DNA of 64,000 bases. It comes from an uncultured Thermoleophilaceae bacterium (GTDB taxonomy: Bacteria; Actinomycetota; Thermoleophilia; Solirubrobacterales; Thermoleophilaceae). Location of the stretch: NCBI GenBank assembly GCA_963803085.1, contig CAWDLE010000033.1, positions 71,597 through 135,596 on the forward strand, in the 5' to 3' direction. Made by a program: the position numbers and the translations under genes. Positions 63,323-64,000 of the stretch are shown piece by piece; the first letter of the stretch is position 1, and every line of letters starts with the position of its first letter. The notes under the pieces were generated by a model. That model was not told the DNA's origin. It did not search any database and was given only the letters and a program-made list of their open reading frames with translations.

Positions 63323-64000
63323 TGGGGTCTCGCTGGACGTGGCGCCTGGTGGCCCTCCCGGGCGTCGTCTGGCTGTCGGTCTTCTTCCTGGTCGCATTCT
63401 ACGTGGTGCTGGCGGTCGCGTTCGGCAACCAGGACACGCTGTCCCAGCCGGTCCCGCACTGGAACCCGCTCGACTGGAACGTCGGCTACGTCGCCGACAT
63501 GTTCGACAACCTCTTCCACGGAGGGCCCTTCTGGACCGTCTCGCTGCGCACGATCGAGTTCGTCGCGATCGCAGTGGCCCTCTCGCTGCTGGTCGGATAC
63601 CCGGTCGCCTACTTCACGGCGCGCCATGCCGGACGCTGGAAGGGGGTCATCCTGCTCGCCCTGATCCTTCCGCTCTGGATCAACTACCTGATGCGGATGC
63701 TGGCGTGGATCAACCTGCTCGCTCCGGACGGGATCGGCTCGCGGTTCCTCCACAACACCGGAATCGAGTGGCTGTTCCTCCAGCTCGGGCTGCTCTCAGA
63801 GCCGGGTGGCTGGCTCAACGGGCAGCCGACCACGGTCATCCTCGCGCTGCTCTACGGCTACATCCCGTTCTTCATCCTGCCGCTCTTCGTCGTGATCGAC
63901 CGCATCGACCGGCGCCACATAGAGGCGGCCCGCGACCTCGGTGGGAGCCCGGCGAGCGCATTCTTCCGCGTGACGCTGCCGCTGTCGGTGCCGGGCATCC
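63322..64000 (+). CDS. polyamine ABC transporter permease (PotB-like), 5' part, runs off the right edge
   Basis: Own translation from ATG 63322 (overlaps the upstream TGA) gives MGSRWTWRLVALPGVVWLSVFFLVAF...IEAARDLGGSPASAFFRVTLPLS, which includes the EAA-loop motif. Confidence 0.85.
   Translation, partial: MGSRWTWRLVALPGVVWLSVFFLVAFYVVLAVAFGNQDTLSQPVPHWNPLDWNVGYVADMFDNLFHGGPFWTVSLRTIEFVAIAVALSLLVGYPVAYFTARHAGRWKGVILLALILPLWINYLMRMLAWINLLAPDGIGSRFLHNTGIEWLFLQLGLLSEPGGWLNGQPTTVILALLYGYIPFFILPLFVVIDRIDRRHIEAARDLGGSPASAFFRVTLPLSVPGI

Noticed and set aside
1-64000. A search for tRNA, rRNA, tmRNA or other structured RNA genes.
   Set aside because: Intergenic spaces are short. Apart from the ydaO-type leader at about 48.1 kb, I saw nothing with cloverleaf-like or other recognisable conserved RNA motifs. 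This was not computed exhaustively.

Overview
High-GC (about 70% by eye) bacterial chromosomal segment, most likely Actinomycetota; a deep-branching Thermoleophilia/Rubrobacteria-like lineage is only a guess, based on split gcvPA/gcvPB, no ftsA, and Rpf plus a ydaO riboswitch. Gene packing is very tight. There are many 4-nt ATGA/GTGA/TTGA stop-start overlaps (e.g. 2979-2982, 13017-13020, 13931-13934, 18876-18879, 21205-21208, 23658-23661, 32529-32532, 54180-54183, 54713-54716, 57216-57219), and four convergent gene pairs end on a shared CTAG.

Content from left to right:
- trpS (partial) and a sulfite-oxidase-like molybdoenzyme.
- Glycine cleavage operon gcvT-gcvH-gcvPA-gcvPB; gcvT and gcvPB each need a frameshift to be read.
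- A large ATPase-LuxR (LAL-type) regulator, then an M20 peptidase and a GNAT.
- An almost complete dcw cluster on the minus strand: mraZ-rsmH-ftsL-ftsI ... murE-murF-mraY-murD-ftsW-murG-murC-murB-ftsQ-ftsZ.
- tadA/cpaF-tadB-tadC.
- A block of metabolic genes: cupin, HAD, SDR, secreted hydrolase-like protein, nitronate monooxygenase, hbd, PLP enzyme, pepF, methyltransferase.
- A PAS-GGDEF-like protein, M20 dipeptidase and MFS transporter.
- An Rpf-like muralytic gene behind a ydaO-type (c-di-AMP) riboswitch.
- An SDR, a tail-anchored coiled-coil protein, lon and rpiA.
- A response regulator / minimal kinase / cpaB operon, with cpaB frameshifted.
- A GbsR(MarR)-DUF1048-ABC export operon.
- A small, compositionally odd patch with a phage-scaffold-like remnant and a truncated response-regulator paralog.
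- A polyamine oxidase / PotD-PotB locus.

The most interesting signal is in the dcw cluster. Between ftsI and murE it is interrupted by a 4.3-kb antisense two-gene module. The first gene encodes a GAF-GGDEF protein whose catalytic motif is degenerate but whose RxxD I-site sits at canonical spacing. It is translationally coupled to a 1088-aa protein that fuses a T2SSE_N/MshEN-like N-domain to a roughly 900-aa Ala/Glu-rich coiled coil with tandem 17-18-aa repeats. I interpret this, as inference only, as a candidate second-messenger-linked cytoskeletal or division module.

No rRNA, tRNA, CRISPR array, transposase or integrase was recognised.
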